From Takakia lepidozioides (taxonomy: Eukaryota > Plantae > Bryophyta): DNA of 64,000 nt. The position numbers were made by a program, and so were the translations under genes. Below are positions 22,075 to 36,678 of the stretch, in pieces. The stretch spans positions 31,806,001-31,870,000 of the forward strand of contig CM060731.1 in assembly GCA_030704615.1 (NCBI GenBank), written 5' to 3'. The number at the start of each line of letters is the position of its first letter. Positions within the stretch are counted from its first letter, which is position 1. The notes below the pieces were generated by a model. The model saw only the letters and a program-made list of their open reading frames with translations, had not been told where the DNA came from and did no database searches.

Positions 22075-24885
22075 ACAAGTTTTTCTTCATTGGCCTTGTT
22101 GCCTTCAGCAGGGCACTGTACTGTATAGGTCCAGTTGGGCACAGGTTTTTGTATTCCTTATGTGTTTCATTGATGGATGATTGAAGATATCCAGGATTTT
22201 ATTACATGAATCATTAACCTTCTTGAAGAGACTAGAGTAGATATTAAATTCCAAAAGAAGTGTACGGCATAATAGAAAACAAGCGTTTTCAGGTCGACCT
22301 CCAAAATGGGTCAGCTACTTGTCCAAACGAGTTATGGGGGCTAAAACCGAAAAGTTCGCCTCAAAGCAGCAGTAGTGAATATCAGCACCCTGATGTGTAC
22401 CTGTTAAAACGTGCCACCTGCTATATAGTCACTTTTATACCCCCTGCCACCTTGTTAACCTCGCCACATGGGCACCGGGTAGAATTTGCATGTGCCTGGT
22501 GACTACGAACAGGCATGAGGAATCCACGTCTCTCCCTCCCTTTGCTTTCTCTCACACACATAGCCAATGCACAGAGCTTGCAGGTCGTTCCACAAGTGTT
22601 TACTATGTGAGTTGTACTTGCTTAAGATGCATGAATGCTCAATTGTGATGAATAAGGGCCCTGGTTTGAAAGGGGGTGTGGGGATTAGAGAGTGGTCCAA
22701 GAATTATGAAGTCGGAGTTATAGTAAGCTGCAGGAGTTCAAATTAATAACTGTCATGTAAGGGGGGGGGGGGAGGAGGCAGGAACATAAGACCTATTAAA
22801 TAGGGGATGGTTCATGGTTAGATTGGGGTAGGCAGGCGTGGTGGTTTCTAGGAGTGACGTGTCTGAGAGCAGCCTTCTAGACGGTCCCACCGCTTGAGCG
22901 GTGGGCGGCCTTCTAGAAGGGTCCCACCGCCCCCCTCAAGGTATATAAAGAGAGCCAGGCTCTCTTCCCCTGCATCTTACTATCTATTCTTACTTCTTAC
23001 TAGTACGTAAGGGTGCTCTGCAGATGCAGGGCCCCAAAAAATAATGCAAACCATGACATAAGAAATTAATAGAAGTAGAGGTAATGATGAATAACCCCCT
23101 CTATGAATGACCATGTTTTGATTCACCTTGGTTGGGAAGGTGTAACTTTTTGATTTCTTGTTCAAGTCTAGAGTTTTTTGTGCCTCCAAAGTTGATGTTG
23201 TAAACTTTCCTAGTCATTTCAACCTAACAGTATCTCCTTTGGTTACACCTCAGAATGTGGACTGTAATGCGTTTCCATGCACCACAGCACGTCAATGGTC
23301 GAGGTCCTTCACAACATCTCCTGCTTCACTATCAGCCCAGCCCTATGTTGGAACATCTTATAATGTAAAGAGTGGTTCTTTCAGACTGCGAGACAGAAAT
23401 ATAACTAACTTGTGTGTGATCCTTAGTCCCCCATGTCACACCTACAGACTCAATGTGATTTTGGAACAATTATAGCCACCTCCGTTGTTGCGAGCCGGGG
23501 AAGCACGCTGGTCCATAAGCTAACCGTAAAGCAGGGTAGGAGACTGGCAAAAGGTTGGTGGTGCTGCTCCTGGATGTATTCCTGCTGTCTCCAATTTCAA
23601 ATGACCATATCGGATCGCATTTCAAGTCCTACAATTTCGAGTCCTACAATCAAACTGGATAATTCCCACTGCTTGGTCTTTGGATATATGGAAGACTTCA
23701 CAGTTGGATTGAAATGGTCCATCTATGTGGCTTTTGGTTTTGGTCTTGATATGCTCCTAAGGTAACCTGTGTGAATGAAGTATATTTTTGTAGATGGTCC
23801 CAATTATCATCCTTGAAGCAGTGGAAGCTGCTCCTGTGAAATGACTCTCCGAGGGAAACTCCAGCCACCAACTACTTACAAGGCATCGGGAGGCATCTGC
23901 CTCATTTCTAATTTCGCTATTTCAAGATAATCTCATTGCTGCAAACTGAGATCCTCCAAAAGCCTGCGCAGATTGATCTGCTCATAAGACCTGCACACTC
24001 CACAGTACAAACAGCTGATAATAAATCCCTGACAACTTCCGGATGAATCCCAAATAGGCAAACAAGCACAATGCGTAAGTTCGGTTTCACACAATATCTT
24101 ACAATGTACGCATAGGATTCCAAGTTCTCTTTATACTGTGTCTTATTTGCAGTAATGCCCTTACAAGAGTGAAATTCCATGAGGACACGCAGTCTACTGG
24201 ACCTTTTGTTTATCACATCCCATGGTCCCTAATTGAAGGCACTGATTTCTTGACCTTACAAAATCCAATATATTCTACAAGCGAAAGTTGTGGATACAAT
24301 CACTATTCCAGTGCTTCTTGTATTGTGATGGTAAGCACTGGCATAAACTGTTTCTACCTTACCTTACACAGGTTGCATTAGTCTAGCACTCTCATTGGAA
24401 AATAGAGCACACATATGATGTAATTGAGCACTCTCCTTGGACTACATTTGGTTGATCCCTAAAGGATTTTGGGACTCAAGTGAATAGAGCATTGTTTACA
24501 GCGACATACCTATTTCTTGGGAGTGTCCAGCAAGCCATCAGCTCGTCCCTCCTCGTCATCTATTTCCATCGTCTTTCTGATCTGTTTTCCAGTCATCCTG
24601 CTCCATCAACAGATTCAATGTTGATGAGTTATAATTGCTATGTGGAGAGGACCTACTCTGAATGTCAAGCACCATACCGGGAAACTGAAAAAAGCTCCGA
24701 CAAATGCAGGGTGTGGATATATGCACTCTGAATCAAAGGATGCAAGAGGGTGAGTCCTTCATGTCCTCGGCTGTCGTGATGAGTGTTGAAGCTCAGCAGA
24801 ATGATCCATGATGCCATATGATATATCCACATGGCGTGGCACTGAAAGGCTGCTAACTGCAAACTCGACAAACTTTTCAAATTAT

Positions 24886-27800
24886 CTAGTTATCATGCAC
24901 TCCATATTTCATGACAAAGTGCAACAACCAAGCCTCATCCAGGTTATTAGCAGAGAACTGGATGGGTGGGAGACCAGCTTCTGTAGAGTCACACGAATAA
25001 GGTGAACTGAGGGCGGAGGTGGTTAAGGAGTAAAAAGAGAGATCGCTGACCTCAGCTTCCATCGTGAACATGCCCCTCACATCATCCATTCGCAATGTCG
25101 TCGTTCCGTTAACAACACCCCTATCCTCTGTAACTTTCTTCACAGGCGTGCTTGAATCCACGTGGGGCTCTTCAACCTCATCTTCCTCTTCTTCTTTATC
25201 CTCTGCCATGTTTACAAGGCTGACGCATAAGGGAAATATACACAACAAATGCGATGAGATGTCTAAGAAAATCCTACATTATGCTGGACACTCCTACGAC
25301 GGCAAACCAACACCAACCAGAGTTGTACCGTACCATTACACAATTCAGAAAACTGTCATCATGACATCCACTGTACAGTTTCCACATAACCTTGTCCAAC
25401 ATGCAATAGTTGGAGGACCAGACTGGGTATGTCCTCAAAGAATTTGTTCAATTACATGAATTCACCTATGATCACAGCATTTGAAGTTATTTTAGTATTG
25501 CTCAGCATAGCACAACTCGAAGCTGGTGAACCTAGTTAGCAATGTAAGTGTCAGAGCTGCTAGGCTGTATCCCTCAACTTGAAGTCTTGAAAGAGTACAT
25601 GTCAAGATATCAGATGTTGTCTCCACTGTAACAAGGCAATCTGTTGATTACATCAGATCCAGAAGAGGTTGAAGGTTAGATGATCTGCTCATGAGGTTAC
25701 CTAAAACTTCGTCTTCTTCTTCAGCCACCGTCTCCTCAGCACGGACTGTGCGGGGCTCCTTTTCACGCCGTAGTTCATCCTTCAATTTGGAAGGATCACC
25801 CCAGTAATCATGTCGCCACCGTGGGTCTTTGGGGTCGTATTGATTCTTGCCCCAAAACTCTTTGTCAGCGTAGCGACCAGGCTCCTCTACTGGAAGACCT
25901 AAGTCTATGCGGCTGTCAACGATAAAATAACATTTGTGAATTAGCAACAACTTATTGAAAAATTGCGACCAGAAATGCACCAAAAGATTAGATACCATGT
26001 CCAAAGGAGAACTGCAAATGAGAAAGCTCTTGTTCAATAAACTGACCAAGCCGTATCACGGATGGTGGCCTCAATCTCCTCTTGCCGGCGACGAGTGTGC
26101 ATTGCATTGAGCTCTGCAACTCGTCGCTCCAACCGTGTCTTAGGTTGCACAAATTCCTCTCCTCGAGCTTTGGCTGCATCCCACAACCGCTTTACCTCCT
26201 GCCAGGCCATAATCAAACACCCAGATCTCAATCTTCTTGGCTTTTAATGTTTTGGCCAATATTGTCTCAATAGGGACTTGCTCAATAGACGATTGTAATA
26301 GGTCGGTCACAAGTAAGCTCCACAGCAATTTGTAAAACGTAAAAACCCTTGAAAAAGGAATTCGGAGCAGAACTGCATCACCTCTCTTTCTGCACGGGCT
26401 GAAGCAAGATCAAGGTCTTTTGGATCTGTGTTCTGCTCAAGTCACAGCAACAACCCATGTAAGAATAGACGCCCAGAGAGTATACACCAGTAAAAGAAAG
26501 AGGACAGCATTCAACATAGATAAAGATAAAAAATCAACACCAAGGTTGGCCAGTCGCGTATTAGCACAAAGCAGGATCACTAGAGCGTTATGGATAGATC
26601 GTAAATTGTACACAACTAGGTAATATCATTACCAAGACGAGTGTGGGAATCTCGTATCCTCCAACACCACCTTCAAACCACTGGGGCTCAAAGTTGTCTT
26701 CATCGATATCCAGTGGCTCCTCAACCACTTCCCAATCCTCATCATCGTCCTCATCATAAAAACTAATGGTGTTATCATTCCTTCCCTCCTCATCGTCCAA
26801 TACCATCTCTTCAGCCTGGTAAAGCTGCCACACCTGTTTGAATTGACACAAGTTCAGACTCTTGAATTTCAGCTTCAGGAACCCGCGAAATGGCACTGGG
26901 GGAATCTTCTCATAATTCTCTTGTTCACAGAAATTGACTAGTCATATTTAGGCTTGATGTGGGGTCATATATGAACAGCAAATAATTGATGAGGAAACCA
27001 AAACTACAACTAAAAGATGCCTGAAAAGCTACCCAATGATCAGAGAGAGGACGTCATGCGGAAGCGAGTGTAACTTATGGTGTCCCTTCACTCCAATGGA
27101 CTACTGCCTTCTGTTTGGAAGGTGGACACCTTTAAACCAATGATCAAATTGGGCCCTAAGCCATTCCCTTGGAATATTGATCCCATATCAAACACAATAA
27201 ACACTAAACAGTCATTCAATAAGAGAGTACCGGCTTACCCGGGGAACCGAAGGATGAACCAAAGCTTTAAGCTCGTCCTTGGGCTTGCTCTCAGGGCGTA
27301 GCTTTGGAAAGTATGGCCTGTTTGAATCCCTCTGAAAGACCTCAGCACCATCCACATCTCAAATCAGTTTACAAGAGAAAATGGATACACGGGTATTCAT
27401 TGATCATCCATAAATGTCCAAACACAACTACCAACAAAGTTATATTGAATGAGCAACTCTTTCCTCCAGTAAGGGCTCTAATATTCACGGCAAATAATGT
27501 GTAAGCATAAAAGGCCAGTAGCCTTACCGCTACTTCATCCAAATTATCATCTCCTGGTCGGGCAAAGATGGGAGGGTTTTCGAATCTCCGAAATCTGCTC
27601 AAATGAATGATAGTTAGTGAGCAATATGGTATAACGTATGGGTCTGAGCAATTGACACTGTTCAAGAGTAGACTACAAGAACAAATATTTCTTCAAGGAG
27701 GCCCACTTTGCACTGCAGATGTGGCACTCCTGGATTAAGAATAAATCTATGCATGCAAGAGCGTGTGATGCAGGTACTTGTAATGCTCTAGTGATTGGCA

Positions 27801-30800
27801 TGAGTCAGCACCTTGTGCCAACACTGCACTTTGTGATTTCGCAGGGGAGAGGAGCATTGCCTTTACACAGTTTGGCAACATGATTTGATTTCAGTAGTTT
27901 TCAATTTAATGCAGGGGGCAAATTGACCAGGTAGAGCATTTGATTATCAATCGGGAGGTAGTGATTATCACGATAGATCAATCGTGACAACTTACTCTCT
28001 CCATCCTTCATTACATACACGCTCCTGTGAACAGCCTCTCACAAGAAAGAGCCTTCTAAATTGGAAAGAAGGATAGTAAAGGCAGCCAAAACACGGAAGC
28101 ACACCGTACATCAGATGGTCGATGTTGGGATCCACGAACCGCATCTCCACAGGAAATCGAAATCGATAAGGGTCCCTCTTTGCCTGCACAGAGAGGCCAG
28201 CATACAGAATCCTGACTGGACACATTCAATGACCAAGGAGAAATTTTTTCCCTCCCACAGGAGCTGGAAAAGGTACTTACTTTGCAACTGTAGGCAGGGT
28301 AAAACAACATACTGCATGCACCCTCAGTCAAAGTCAAATAACTTGGCATCCATGTGGGAGCTCTAGCTGCCCCTACACGCCAGGGTGTCTTCTCCCTCTG
28401 AGGCCTTGAGAACAGGTACGTGCTACAAACTTGAAGTAGAGCATAATAAACGGACAAGTCCTTCTGTTGAATTTCATTGCTCTATACGTCATGGACGAAA
28501 ATCCAATGCAGGCCCAGAGAGGGTTATATCCCAGGAAGATGACCTAGCTGTATGCAACAGGAGAAAATTGATCCACACTTTGCACAGAAAGAACTATCAG
28601 AAAAGAAATCATCCATCATCTTGAAAAGAACCTAAGGCAAAGATACAGGTCCTGTCGATCACAGGTTAAAGCCCTGAATGTACCAAACATTTTGAAGCAA
28701 AATTACAAAATTCGTGTGGACGAACCCACCAAGACCTCAACTTGAACACGCATGCCCACTTTGATGTGCTCACGAATGTAGTACCAGTCATTGTCACGAA
28801 TTGCCACCCATCTGTATCAATCACCTCCACAATACAGGCCACCATTGGATGTCTCTCTCCCTCTCTTGTTTCTCTTTTTCATCATTGCCACAAGGCTACG
28901 GCAAACGTCTTATGAGTACATTCTTTCTCATTACATGTTCCGCCCTAACTGAGCGCAGGGTCTATGGCCACAAGGCTCCTTTCTAGGATTTGCAATCCAA
29001 TACATTACCTTTATGTTACTTAGCCATTTATTGGACTTCTGGTGCAAAAATTCTAGGAAATGAATGAAAGGCGGCAAACATTATCTCATGGGTACATTCT
29101 TTCTCTTCATACAATCTAAGTTCCTTCTTTCTTTTCTTCACCTTTCAGGACCAGAGGTGTCTAGCAGCTTACCGGGATGAGGAGCTTTGTCTCTGGGCAA
29201 CATTTGATGTATTCTGATGTGTGTTTCTTGTTATTGTACTTTGGGGGTTATAAATTTCTTTCATCCATTCGGCTGCAAGGGTAGAAGAGGGGTTCAGATG
29301 GACTTACCCATCATGCACTCCCCCATAATGCACAAAGGCTCCTTCATACAGATGAACAGATGATACCACACCCCAGTAATGCTGCACATTAAAGACAGAA
29401 GCATTGAAGTCATCGTATGCCTAATAGTTGGACACCAACTAGTGAATAAACCCCAAACATTGATAGATTCAAGCTGGGAGAAAGTTAGGAGACTTGCAAT
29501 CAAACATCAGGTCATTTATATCTTCAACCAGTAAAGTAACAGTACACAGTCAAGTGCAGCACCTGACTTGACAAATTTATTAGTGCCATTTAGTGCCCTA
29601 AGACATTGAAACTCAAAAGCTTGTTGATAAAGATTATCCCTCGCTTACCATACCTTCCCCTTTTTTTACTGGCTATCTAAGAAACTACAGTTAGAGAAAG
29701 ACAAGGCAATGAGCAAGAAATACCTGTCCCGGATAGATGTAGGGCAGCTCATACTGTTGCAGGTACAATCATGTGCCACAACACCAAAAAATTGCTCCAT
29801 TAGTAATTGTAGAACCAGCTCGACACCAACACCAAACTAATTCCAGGGGCACCACAGACAGCTTCCTGTTATCATCGTTGTTTTTTACCAGAAGGTGGCA
29901 TGCACACCCAACCACCTTAATCATTATAGTCACTGATTAGGCCTGCTTTGTCTACCAGCAACTGTGGCAGACTGAGGGCAGCAGTTCTGAAATCAAATGT
30001 GTTGCCGACATTCATGTAAGTGGAGAGCAAACTCCAAACTTACTTTTCAAATCTCACCGAATGAAATAAACTATAGAAGAATTCATAAACCTGTCTAACA
30101 ACAACTCAATTTAAGAAAGAATAGAACCTTAAAGGACATTAGAAACACATTTTAGCAAACCGGGGAAAAATTAAGAGAAACGATCACATTGAAGAACATT
30201 CTTCAACAGGGACATCCTGAGCCTATCAACGCTCCTAGGATTGAGGGTTTTTGTTGTATTAGGATTGCGTTTCGGTTCCACAGGACCTTCTGGCTTCCAG
30301 TGGCTTCTTTCACTCCCTCTGACACAGCTGCCACAAGGCTACAGCAAACAACATCGTATGAGTACATTATCTGGGACATCAGCCTCTCTGGTATGATGTC
30401 AACAGACACTCAAAACTGTTTAACTGATGTGTAGTAGAGACAGTTCAGTCTGTTTTAACGGAGACAGCGACATCGAGAAATTTGAGACCTGAATCCACAA
30501 AGGATACTTTGTAGTGTCGTCACCAATACAATTTCATGAAGTGACACATACAATACGCTAAGTATACAAGCTGTTGGAATAGAAACCACACCATGCCTTC
30601 ACGATAATTAGTCCCAGTGCGTCGTCTCCCAGGGTAATACTCTGGATCCACCTGTGCACGTCCCAGTTCATCACCCATCCGCAACATTACTAATCTTTCA
30701 ATTTGATTTCAGGACACAGTGGATGGCATGTCATTCATTAGCCCAACCATCCTAAATAATCTAAAGCAACCCCTGGAGAAGAACCGAAGCTCCTGAGCAG

Positions 30801-33800
30801 CTAGCCATCTCTCCCCATTTTCCATTTAATCATATTTTGGAGATCAATTAGCACACTAACCAAATACAGTACCTTTTGTCCGTCCTATCTTGGAAGGAAA
30901 TCAATGAACTTCTGTGTCTGATTGCAGTAGAGAGTTGGTATTGAAGAAATGGTTTATATGCAAATGCCAACAGCAACAAGGAAGAGAGTTGTGTGCAAAT
31001 GTAGTTGTTTGACAGGGACACAACAGTCCACCATCGATTTTCTCAACATCAAGAGAATCTGATCTGATTTGCACTTGTATCCTGCCAGCCTGCAAGGGAA
31101 AATGGAAAGGAAATGAGGAAACCTCAAGTGCTTCCTTGTCCAGGCGTTCCTTGTTGGCTGCAACCCATTCATTGTACTGCTTTAAAAACATTTTCCACCT
31201 ATCAAATGACGGTTCCACTGATTCATCCTCATTGGCATCCTTCAAATCGTCGAGAGAGACCAACACATTTTCCAGTGATTGAGACTCTCGAATAAAAGCC
31301 AATTCCTGGGCGTCAACTGTCCAACCAGGGGGGGGCCAGTCCCGGGGTGGTCTCAGTGTGAAGACTAGAGGCTGTTCCCAGAAAGTTCCCTCTAATGAGA
31401 TGGGCTTTTTCTCTCTTTCTTTCCTCTCAGCTTCTTCGATGATCTTTCGCCTCGTCTCCTCCTGGTACTTAGGTTTGAGCTTCTCAAATGCCTCCCAAGA
31501 GACCACCGGTTCCTCCTCACCGGGAGCAAGACTGTCAACTGCAAATTGACCCTCAGGGGACAAGATCTCTTCCCAAGGAGCCCACCTAGCGACAAATCAC
31601 AAAATGTTAACAAAAAACAAGTGATATCAGGGGAGGTGCATACAAGGACTGTACTCCCACTACAAACCATCTTACAGAGCATTGAGTGCCCATGTAGCTT
31701 CATACCCAACAACTCTTTCAATAAATAAGCAGCTGGGGCAGCATTTTACACCTAAGCAAGTACACACATATTGCCTCAAATTATTTGACTTCTCCAACAC
31801 ATGCTCTCATCACACTATGCAACAATGTATCGTGCTTTGAGAGGATTATAGAATCTCCTCTCTACTGGTTGGACTTCTTTTGCAATTTTTTCTTTGTTTT
31901 ACTTGGTCCATGGGTGTTCAGGCTACCCCGCAAATTATGAAGTCCCTTGCTTACTCGACTTCATTTTTTAGCAATTTTTGCTTGTTGCGCATCTGCTTGT
32001 CTTTTTAGGGATTCCTTGTCCTTGGCAGAGGTCTTCAGTAGTAAGGACACAGAGTGCTTGGGAGGTTACCTGCATAAGGCATTCCGTCTGTGCGCAACTT
32101 TTGCAGTTCGTTTTATTCTTTTGACTTCTTTTGTTGTTCCCGTCGATGTGTTCTCTCTCTCCTCTCTCTCACTCTGGCCAGATCCATCTTATGCTGACCA
32201 AAGAATAGGTGGTTGCCACGTGAAAACATAGTGACAAATTTGTAGGCGCCAGTGATTCTCAATATAACTACCTTCTTTCCACCCAGTTGCGCCGTCTTGC
32301 TTCTTCTTCAGTTTCCTCCACTTCTTCATACTCGTCTTCGTTGAATGTTGGAATAGAGGAGTCTGAAGGCTGAGCACAAAGTGAGGGGACCCACAGTCCA
32401 AATCTGACCCTTTTCCCAGCCTTCCAAACGCCCAACAGTATATAAGACTTTTGTGAGTGGATACCAGATGAAGGCCAGAAAAAGTGTGACTGAAGGATGA
32501 TTTTGTTCTTATAGCCGTTTCAACTACGGAGTTCTTTAACCCATACATGCTAGAAGTCAACCAAGCAAAGGGGAAGCAAAGAACGATTGGGGATAGCAAG
32601 ACAAATATGGATGGGAAATGTCACAACCCAACAGTTTTTGCTGAGGCAACACCACATACCCACATGTATGTCTGTCTCTGTCTGTAGGACCCAACAGTCA
32701 CTAAACCAGCAACCCCTTGTTGGAGGCTGTGCCTGAGAGCTTTGGCATTTGGAGATGGCTTTTACCTGAATGTGTTGTAGCACCTCAAGAGGAGCTATTA
32801 CCTTAGCAAACTGGAGCTGGGTATAATCCTGCCAAGTGAAAACATTTCAATGGCTTCAAGAATGTCTGTAGCTTTGGGTTGTTGTATCTTGTGCACCATG
32901 GAAACTGTGCCCTCAGTGCATATCACAGTGCACTGTCACTAAGAAACCTCACTGGGTACATCCCACAAACCTTTCTCAGATTTACCACTGCCCTCCTCAC
33001 TCCTTGCTACTAGCCCATGGAGATGGATTACCTTTCTCTTCTCCCACGACATCTCTCTCACTTTTCCCACATGGACATTCTGAAGTTCCTTTATTTCTTT
33101 CAGATATTATGAAGTTGAAAGGGTGTTATAAAGTACCATTTCATTCACCTCTCTCGCTCTCTCTCTCTGGGGTCAATACGTCAGTAAATGGGCAGAGGTG
33201 GCATTCAACAACCGAGGGGAGGGAGGAGGCGATCTCAAGTGGCAGTGGGGAAGTCAACAGATTCCTGTCCTCCCTTCCTACACATACCTTGGCGTTGAGT
33301 TTTCTGCCAACTGTCATTGGGATGCACATATTTGAAAAGTTGTTCAATCTGGCAAGCACATAGCGCTGGGTCTCACTAAATTTTTCCACTGCAGACGGAT
33401 CAACTCTGAAGTAAGAAAACCCAGCTTTGCCGCGTTATTAGGCCTGCCGTGGAGTACGCAGCTGCAGTGTGAGTTGATAACTACAACCAGGCTAAGTCTC
33501 TAGATCCATTCAAGTGGGGGTGCTTAAGGAGTGCATGTCAACATGCTCCAAAACAGCTATGTAGCTGTTCGGGGTGAGTATGGCATCCCTCCCTTAAGCT
33601 CCCGACAAGATGGATTCAAGGTCAGATGGTGGGGTCAGCCGCAACGTATGACAAATTGCAGATACCCTCAGTTAATCGACTCTATCACTTGGAAGCAGGA
33701 TCGCCCTGTCAAACAGGCCAAGTCCTGGCAGAAAAGGGTGGAAGAAATTCTCAAGGATCTGAATCTTAGGTCTGCAAGTCTTGACCCTGCTGGACAACTC

Positions 33801-36500
33801 TGACTTAGAGGTAGTGTCCAAAGCCATGTCTGTTGCCAGGATTGTCTGATGAAAATGAAGTTAGGCAAAAAACTTCCCTGAACTTGTTGGCAGTCTGTAA
33901 CATGGGAGAGGACATCATGGATGACCTCAAGGGTACCCACTCTTGTCTCTAGACTGAAATTATACTCAGGGCGGGAAGCCTACCTTTGAACAGCAAACAG
34001 CTGCAGAGAGGAAAGGGGGATTGCAAATGCCTGTTGTATGGACAACCTGAAGACAAATATTCATTTTTTCTGAATCATTGTCCTGGGTACTCTCACCAGC
34101 GAGACGCCCTCTTCAAATCATCAAGGCTTTTTGTGCCTGTACCTCTGTTTACCGACTTTGAAAGGCTCAGCCAAAAGCCCAGGCCCTTTTGGGGCCTAGT
34201 TATTGGGCAAATCACACACAGCAGATTGATGTTGTGTAAAGGGATTCCTAGAGGATATCTGGAAAACTCGGATCAATTGTCTGTTCCACGGTAAGTCATC
34301 TTACCAGCATCATCCACAGAAAAAAGGTAGTTTCTGTCCCTTTGTGTTCCGCTCAAACTGGGCACAGGGTCAATGGCCACCAGGCTACGGTAAACGTCGT
34401 CTTATGAGTACGTTTTTCTCTCTCCAGGGTCACTGGCCGTAAGGCCAAGGAACGGCATGAGAACATCCTCTCTCTGGAAAGCCCAAACCCATTGTTTACA
34501 CCAAGGTCACTCCCACTACTGGAGTAAGCACCTCACAAAGGTAGTGTCTGTCACCTCTTATTCTACCCAATCTCGGTGCGGAGTCTATGGCCACAAGGCT
34601 ACAGTAAGCAACGCTCTCTTGTGAGTTTAATTGTCAGTTTAGTGCCAAGGGTAGGGTATCATCCTAGAAGATGTGAAATGAATACTTTTGAGAGGTCCTT
34701 TTGGATTGATGGTCAGTCAAATCCTCCATGGGCCATGACACAAGTTCAGGGAAGTTTTATGCCTACCTTCATTCAAACTCAGAGCGGGGAGTCTTCCTTT
34801 GAACAAAAAACAGATGTAGAGAGGAAAGGGAGACATCAATGCCCAATGTGCAGGCAACCTGAAGACAATATCCACTTTCTGATACAAAGTCCAGAGTATT
34901 CTAATCGGAGAGCGACCCTCTTCAGGACCATGGAGAACATAGTCCCTGCACCTTTGTTCACCAACTTTCAAAATGTCGAGGCTGGGCATAAAGCTTTAGC
35001 TTGGCCTTGATAGCTAGGAGTAACTGCTGTATAATGAATTTCTTCTCCAAACCTTGTATATGAGGGTTTGGTTGCTTAGCATAGAGTTTGGAAACTGCAT
35101 GAAGTGTATTCTTTTCAAAATGCTGGCTGATTCTTCTGCGCTATGGTGTTAATTTCTATCATAGCTCCGAATACATTTATTCAGCGTCTTTGGCTTCGGC
35201 TTGGGTAGTATCTGATTTGGTGGTCTTGTTTATCTAATGCTGGACTGTCATTGTGTTGTTAAGCTTCTCAAAGGAGCTTAGTCTCCACTTCCCACCCACT
35301 GGAGGACTGGAGGTAAGCTGAAAATAAGAAAGTGTAATGATGGGGCCTGTTTCACGCAGATGGTGCCGTTATAATTATTGACTGATTTTGTATAGATCAG
35401 TCATATCCTGTCTTCATATGACAGCAGTAACCTCTCCCTCTTACACACAAACTCTCTGATTAATGGTGAAACCCCTAGACCCTGGTATGAAAAAATGCTT
35501 GGTGTGCAAGACACCATCAGCTGGAGGCAGCGAGACTTCAGTGGTACAGAGTGTACGTGGCTGTTGAAGTTGTGAGTAGTATATTAGTGAGGGCAAAGGG
35601 GGAAAAAAAGTAGCCGAAGAAGAGGGAGAATAGAGAGTGGTTAAAGACAGAACAATTCAAATATGATGCAAAACCATACCATATTCTGCTTTTCGTCCAG
35701 TGGCCTACCCAGTGGCGCCCTGCATCAAACCCCATTATATTGATTAATTAACTACCACTTGATAATTCTCTACCTGACAAGGTCATTGTTCCCACAACTC
35801 CACCCTGACCATACATTTTTTCACTCGCCTGCTCAAGAACAATTGTTCATGTAGCTACTGTGTGGAGAATGGCAGTAATGTGTGTCATTCAATCAAGCTC
35901 ACATGCAGGCATTCCGATGCGTCCAGACAACTGAATTCGGCCCAAGAGATACCCATTTATCTTTTGAGAGCCAGATGATAGAAAAATCCCTACACCTACA
36001 ATTGAAGACTCAGAATTGACATGTTCTGCCATACAAAGTCAGACTGTAAGCTCGCAGCCTTGACCCCGCAGGATTTCTCCGCTCGCCATCCTTCCCAAGA
36101 CCAACGACCTCGCATTTGCAAGATTGAGCTTCAATAAGAGAAAGCGAAAGGCCTACCTCCGAATGGATATGCCCACAGAGCCCGGAATGCAGATAAATCT
36201 CGCCCGGGCAAAGAACCCTGAGCTTCCAGCCGTACAAGATACAGCAAGCCAGCCTCTTCCTCTCCCCCTCCATCTCCTCTCTGCCACTCTATCAGACCCG
36301 CTAGCTCTGACCACTCTACACCTCTCCGACCACCTCAATCCATGTCTCAACGCACCCGCCACGTTGCTAAGGCATCCGCAGGGTGTCGAAGAAACACAAG
36401 AGACCGCATATACAGAATTCGAGTCTCTCTGCGACAAGCACCTTCTCTGGGGTGTGGACACGAGCGCTGTGAGAGGGGGCCGTGCTCCCACAACAGCCAT
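24886..36500 (-). CDS. PTAC10: Plastid transcriptionally active 10 (PAP3/PDE312), S1-domain PEP-associated protein, multi-exon; 3' end uncertain
   Basis: Transit-peptide-like exon 36157-36500. Later exons encode RRNWVERG/WAPWEEIL, PPRDWPPPGW, YYPGRRR..YELPYIYPG, HLYEGAFV..GGVHDGWV, AKRDPYRFRFP, PPIF and LGLPVEEPGRY..YDP..DYWG. Splicing below about 25700 was not resolved. Confidence 0.88.
28887..28978 (+). mobile_element. Two tandem 3'-end fragments of the 14-16 kb LINE family (pTAC10 intron)
   Basis: gccacaaggctacggcaaacgtcttatgagtacattctttctc, then tgttccgccctaactgagcgcagggtctatggccacaaggct; both match 16139-16217. Confidence 0.85.
30330..30371 (+). mobile_element. LINE 3'-end fragment
   Basis: gccacaaggctacagcaaacaacatcgtatgagtacattatc matches the LINE terminus. 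Confidence 0.75.
33190..35000 (+). mobile_element. Degenerate LINE copy (about 33.19-34.42 kb) followed by further stacked 3' fragments, in a pTAC10 intron
   Basis: Collinear with about 14990-16217 (FKVRWWGQ, AKSWQKRVEEILKDL). Extra termini at about 34425-34475 and 34490-34630, and a zinc-finger piece at 34740-35000. Confidence 0.9.
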
Positions 36501-36650
36501 CCCCCCGGCCCCACCCTTCCAAACTTCACAACTAAAACCCTCCCCTCCCAGAGCAGTGCATCAAACTGCAGAGCATGCCACACAAGTCGACATGAGCTCA
36601 CAACTGCAAACACTCCCCCACAGAGTCGAGAAACAGCATTGTGGAATATC

Positions 36651-36666
36651 TAGGGTTTAGGGTTTA
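36651..36666 (-). promoter_or_regulatory. Telo-box (AAACCCTA x2) upstream of pTAC10
   Basis: tagggtttagggttta about 150 bp upstream of the ATG at 36500. Confidence 0.55.
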
Positions 36667-36678
36667 CACATTTCAATA

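Noticed and set aside
23400-24880. Possible extra pTAC10 3' exons or another gene (e.g. MEIDDEEG..)
   Set aside because: Could not be joined in a consistent frame; needs RNA-seq.
36124-36660. 178-aa plus-strand ORF
   Set aside because: Antisense shadow of the GC-rich pTAC10 first exon.
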